A stretch of 64,000 bases of DNA from Phoronis australis (lineage: Eukaryota; Animalia; Phoronida). The DNA is taken from NCBI GenBank assembly GCA_002633005.1, contig NMRA01000123.1, positions 121,091 to 185,090 on the forward strand, read 5' to 3'. Below are positions 58,046-64,000 of this stretch, piece by piece. Every line of letters begins with the position of its first letter. The first letter of the stretch is position 1. The notes under the pieces were generated by a model, which was given only the letters and a program-made list of their open reading frames with translations, did no database searches and was not told the DNA's origin. Made by a program: the position numbers and the translations under genes.

Positions 58046-61000
58046 TTTTGCTACAGTGTAGCTCAAGATTGTTTGTAATTTCATATGTTTTTGTCAGTGC
58101 ATGTTCGGAATAGAAGGATTTCGTTGATGTTGTGGCGAATCTAACCGAACTTCTTATCTCATTATTGACACAACACCCAATCTTTTCACCACTCTGTAAA
58201 CTAATTTCAGAACGCATCACATGCAAATTGCAAAGCGTAAAACTCAAAATACACTTTTTACACGGCGGTGTCGCTGCCGTCAGAGTAAAGTTTATATTTG
58301 ATTATCGGAAATCACAATTAATGCCGCTGTTACCTATTTCCCAGTCACTTAATTATGAACAGGTATCGCACACCTGATTGTATTCGTATTGATAAGAGTG
58401 TAATTAACCGCACCTTTTGTCATCTCTTCCTTGCCTGACTGTGTACTTCAACTGAAGTTAGCCGGAGTCTTCCTATTAGCCTATTATTCGCGGCTTCCAC
58501 TTGAAAGTGATTTTAACTGAGAAAATGAAGTTTAGTCTGCTAGTGTCTAAACCAAGCCAACCGTATAACGATTATGACTACCATAGACGCTGGAAACAAT
58601 GACGGCGAACGTTCTAAGTCACTCACCTAGCTTGGAAGGTAATCAGGTGTTTGTGTGGTCACGTCAAGAAATTTCTATACAATTCATGCAATTAAATAAT
58701 ATGTGTGCATAATTCTGTTTGTTCAATTCTGTCTGTTCTGTATTTGTAGGTGTAATTGTACTTTGGCTATCTGGTCTCCAAACAATGAGTGATTGATTGA
58801 TCTAGTAGTAGTAAAGATATTTAATAATTTCTATGTGACTTGGTATATTTATATCTTACGCAGCTACACACGGCGACAAATAGACCGTCATCGCAAAATG
58901 TAAAGGTTTATTTATTACACCGGGTCTCTCTTCCGAGAATACGCGGAGAAATTTGGCGCACTTTTCGTACCCGCATCTCAGTAGAATACAACAAATTTCA
59001 AAGATAGAAATTTAACGGTCTTCTTTCAATGTTGTGTAAGCGATTTAACGGGAAATTTTGAGCATATCACATTTATCGTAGTTACAGTAATTTTGCTATG
59101 AGAAAACGTCACGTGACTCACGTGACACACACTCATTGCCATAGTTTCCTATTCCACAGAATTTCGAGGACATAACTAACATTTTCGAGGATCTACCCTT
59201 TCACAAGAAATTTGGCGCACAGCAGTTTTCGTTAAAAAATGACTGATACCAAACTTAACAGTATACTAATCCCTGTTTTGCGGAGAGTTTACCAAGAGCT
59301 GACTACGTCACCTGGAGATTCTGGTGTGCAACCTCCCTGAGTGATAAAGATATTCAAACACATGTTTCCCTCCGTCGTCGAGTAACTCGCCTCAAGCGTT
59401 TAGTCGCGCGTGCCGATGTATCAGACTTTGCTTCAAAAACCCACTGTTGAGGATTGGCAACAACAAGCCATAATTTCATTTTAAGATTTAAATGAACAGG
59501 CCGGAGATATTATCTCCGAATAGGGCCAAACCGTGTACTGTATAGTGTCCTCTTGAATGAACGAAGTAGAAACGCAATTTGCAAAAATAGCTTTTTTAGA
59601 TATCTTATATTTCATTTATATTTTTTGTGAGTTTCCCTGACATGTTGCCTGTTTTCATTTACTGAGTTTCCCACGCCTGGAAATTACTTTTGCCATTTTT
59701 GAAGTTTTCCATGCTGAGTTAGAGTCAAGAATCTTTATTGTCGAGCTACAGTACGTATGGCAAACAAAAACAATAACACGCGACGATGAACACTCTCAGT
59801 GAGTCCGAGGTACAGAGAAAAAAAATTTCACAACCATCATACACAAAAGTGGCCCCTGGCAATAATTCACGTGTCGAATAGAACAACACAATCCCACTGT
59901 CTTTATCTAAACGCTTTCCACGTCAATAATCACTCTTCACATAACAACCGTAACAACTACATAACGAAATGTGGCCCTTGGTCAGAAGACTAAGTATTAA
60001 TTGTTTAAGGCCACGATCACATAGTGGTACATACCACATCATTTGTCTATTGATGGGGGCTTCACTGTCCTTTCAGTGCGCGCTCAACCTTGCAATGTAC
60101 AGATTCAAGGCGCCCTCGCCCGCGTTTAAATTTACTTTAACTCGTGTTGCAAATTAATTATATGTAAACGATTGTTGTTATCGCTGGAAGTAAAGTTTTA
60201 TTGGATAGAAACGTGAGCGCTGATTAAGCCGCGCATCAAATAAAATGTACCTTGAAGTCAAAGTAGCGAATGGATGACGACAATATACGTAATTCAAGGC
60301 ATTAACGTCGGACTTCAGCGCTTGTCCAAACCGCCTTTTAGGAGAACGGGGAACACAAACGCGAGAATAGAATTGACAGAATAAAAGTTCTTTGTTGAGT
60401 TAGAAGTAATTTTCTTTTAATGTTGTATCTATAATTTTCATGAAAACGTTCTACAGCACAAACTCTAAAATTTTCTTTTAGTTGCGTTTCGAAGACAGAA
60501 ATCGAATTACGCCTTTTACTCTCATAAGGGTGTCGTAATATTCCTAACCAACATATGATTACATTTCCGTTACCAACTCAAGTCCCAACACTGTGTAGAT
60601 TTCGAATCCGTCTTCTTGAGCAGCTGATGATTTCTTGCCCATAACGTGCACCAATTCGATTTTTCTCGCAAAAACACACTTTTGAGTTGGAATCTTTTCA
60701 AGGTCGTGCCTTAATTTTTAGATATTTTTGTTTCATAAGCACATTTAAATAAAAATTTCAGATTTCTGGATATCATGAAAAATACAATCGAAGACATAAC
60801 GTTACTGAATTTTTCTCGCAACTGGTCTTTTAAAACTACAAAAATAGCAAGAAAACGAGTTAAATGAAGAGCATATCACAAAATCTACGATCTTACCTGA
60901 TACTAAAAGCCTTATCAGACAGTCACAGTTAGATTTTTATTCTTAGGCGTTTAAGACAATTTGTTCTTTTCAGTGCGTTTTATATCGGTAATCTAGTAAA

Positions 61001-61960
61001 AAATTACCGATCAACAGAGAATTGGCTCGGAAATACAGGTTTCGGTTCTTTCGAATTTCGCCCACGGCCACAGAGGAGGATTTCTAACGAATGTTTTCGT
61101 AACACAGAGAACACCGGGTGCCAAGGTTTCATTGCCTCCCCGAGAGATGTATTTCATAAGATTGGAAGACAAGAAGGAATCGCCCGCATCATTTTCGCTG
61201 TTTGCATAATTTTAGCAGTTAACGAAATGGCGGGAAATACTAAACAAAGCCTGTGTAATGTTTGATGATAGGGGTTTTTGAAAGAGTTTTTGTGTCTATG
61301 AACACAGTTATGAGTGGAGACAAAACGCGTCTGAAGTCTCATTTCTTTCTGCCAGAAAAAGATGCGGGTTCGACAGTTGGCTAAATAACGACACGTTTTT
61401 GTTCACTACAGTAAATTGACAAGTACTTTAAAGAGTATTTAGAAACAAAAGTCTTTGTGTCACTACTAAACTCGATTAATGTTTATTAACCGTTTACACG
61501 GAATAGCGATTTCAAATGCACAACGTTAAAAAATAACTGTCAATAGTGCTTCTTATTGCCATGGATACATAAGTTTCATAGCGCTAATTTTTAGATAAAA
61601 ATTATCTATGGGGGTTTTATGTTACTCTACACTCGGACTTGCGTGGCCTTGTCACAACACAAATGCAGAATGGAGCAGTCAAGGTATCCACACCTTGCGT
61701 CATACTCATTACCTCTGGCATCTTTCAAACGTTGACAAGTTGGGGGATTGGTTGAAGCACGATTTGAACACTAGATTGGTCTGCCAATTAAGACTAATGT
61801 ATTTTGAGGCTTTAAATATATTGTTGAAATATTTAAGTGAATAATTACTTGTGTTTGCACTATATTGTATGGTTAAATTATATGTATTACACCTATTATG
61901 ATTCTGAATGACGTCAACATTCCCTGACAATCGTAATAACGATGGCTTCTATCATTTCTA

Positions 61961-62016
61961 TTGTTGTTAGCGGCATTATCATTATTTTTGTTGTTGTTAG
62001 CGGCATTATCATTATT
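61961..62016. repeat. Short tandem duplication (26 bp x2)
   Basis: ttgttgttagcggcattatcattatt occurs twice. Confidence 0.8.
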
Positions 62017-64000
62017 GCTTCGAATATCTACTCTTTTTCAAAGTAGTTATAAACTCACTTTCGGTCAAAGAAGCGAACTGTAGATTTAAGTTTACTCTGA
62101 TGTAAATTTGACCTCAAGCCCTCAAGTAGTTCCTTATTCCGATGAAGTGAGTTATGGGTTTGCAAACAACTGACAAGGCTCGGAATATGACAAGACTCGC
62201 CGAGACAAAACTGTCAGAGCACGGTCGTAAACCAAAAAGGATCCGCCAATACTTCGAATTTCTGATATCACCCCTAATCTTATTAGAGAACAAATTAAGG
62301 CAAATTGCATAACGGTACTAAATCGGTTTTTGTGATGGAATGGTTTATAGACGCTTTAAACAGTTTGTTAAGTTCAACGAATGTCGTAAGCTGGGCAGAA
62401 CATTCCGTCTCCAATGACTTCCTATAAGGCTCCACCATTATGAAGTATCTACGCAAATCGTGAATTTCAATTGTCCCGTTGAAAAAGGTCGAGTGATGGC
62501 GAGGACAAAAATTGTCATATTGACCAAGTTTCACAAACAAACGATGCTACAAGTTTCAAATTTGTAATAATTGCGTCTTTTGTGTCCTACACTCACTTCT
62601 ATTTTAGTTGTTTGGAGGAGATAAGAAAAAAGCTTTGATGGTTAATGGCCCGATTACAACGGACTGAACAGATGTTTGAAACTGATAAGCACGATTCTGA
62701 GATATTGCGGCAATCATTTTCCGACTATCTCCGACTATTTTCGAACGTCTTCGTTAGAAAGTAAAAACTTCGTGGTTAATACGGTGCGGCAAAGAGTGGC
62801 ACTCTGTCGGTTATTTACGTTGCCGCCAAAATCGCCACAAATCACCAACATCCGGGAACGGGACGGACCTCTTATTATGTGCTCACACTCGTACCAACCA
62901 CAGCAATTCTTTATTTTAACTATTGCAAATAAATCGTTTTGAGCCACGCATATAAAACGTTCAGTTTCTAGAGGGGGAAACCAACTTGGCCATTATAAAC
63001 GTAAGCCTAACTGCGCGTTTTAAAAAGCTGTTCTCCTTTCAGTCAAAAAATCGATAAATGTCTCGTTGATAAAAATTTGAAGCTATTTCTGAAACAGCAT
63101 TGTCAGAAAAAAGTCAAGTATAAAACTGGGCGTTTCAGTTAAGATATTTTTTTTTGCAAATTCAGAGGAAAGAATCTTATTAATATAACACAGAAGAGTA
63201 CAATTTAGTACTGTGCCATGATTTAGGAGTGAGTCACGTGTCTTCTTTGGATAGCATATTAGTTTGGCTTCTCAGCCAACTTGCATCAGTTACTTACGGT
63301 GTTTACACAAAACTTGATTACAGGGTAAAAGGAAATCAATAATAATGGCCCAATCTTTGTTTATCGCTCGCATCGGTGCAAAATACACTTTTTGTGTCGA
63401 ATACATTCAAAATCATCTATGACTAAATGTGCTTAGGTTAATAACGCTCCTCAAAACAAAGTTTGCCGTGAAGTACATTTTTCCTGTTGATGGTGACTAC
63501 CGGTGCGCCTAATTACGCCCAGGTTTCGCACAGGCTCAATACACTTAAAATTCACCTACAGGCGCGGACTGGTGCCCCCCTCCTCTTATGAGCAGGTCTT
63601 GAACTGCATGTGTCTGAGAACCTCAGCCCAGTACTTTTCAACCAAGTACTAATTAGTCCTGGCATAAAAAACAAGTCAAAACCTACACTGACAAATACTA
63701 TAGAAAATTAGCACTCAAGTGTATCACATCAAGCGCACGCGCCTAAATTTGGATATGGACGTAACTTTACTAACAAGCTCGTAGGCTTAAAAACGCGCGC
63801 GTATACACGTACGTTCACGTAATGACATATTCAACTGCAGATGGCCAGACGAAACAGTCACAAGCGCAGAACAATCGGAGATTTCTTGCTGTTCATCAGG
63901 GCGAAAACACGATCCCCGCCCTCCGTGCAGGGCGCATGTGCATGTTGATTACGACGTCAGCAAACTCACATAATTTAGACAGTCAAGCTGTTGTTGATTT

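Overview
Metazoan (bilaterian invertebrate-like) draft-genome DNA, AT-rich and mostly non-coding, with one 736-nt N gap and several 1-2 N junctions. The only confidently identifiable protein-coding gene is a complete GATA1/2/3-class (GATA2/GATA3/grain-like) double zinc-finger transcription factor on the minus strand. It has six coding exons (44229-44022, 36118-35921, 35784-35509, 35258-35113, 31490-31365, 22946-22575), all with GT-AG introns and matching phases, giving 1326 nt = 441 aa + stop. A non-coding first exon and CCAAT-box promoter probably lie near 45.0-45.3 kb, and the 3' UTR is about 1.1 kb. Roughly 19-20 kb of gene-free flank lies on each side. The far left probably holds the 5' end of an unidentified second minus-strand gene. 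The rest is non-autonomous DNA transposons (a hAT-like MITE set with 5-bp TSDs; Harbinger-like MITEs with CTG TSDs, one in the GATA 3' UTR), a ~600-bp repeat in two inverted copies, mini/microsatellites and a probable haplotype-overlap assembly duplication. I found no prokaryotic-type system and no convincing wholly new biological system. The best leads are regulatory and structural: a dense GATA-site cluster, a covarying hairpin/E-box array, a NAGNAG acceptor like that of human GATA3, an inverted hammerhead-like pair and tandem CTCF-like sites.
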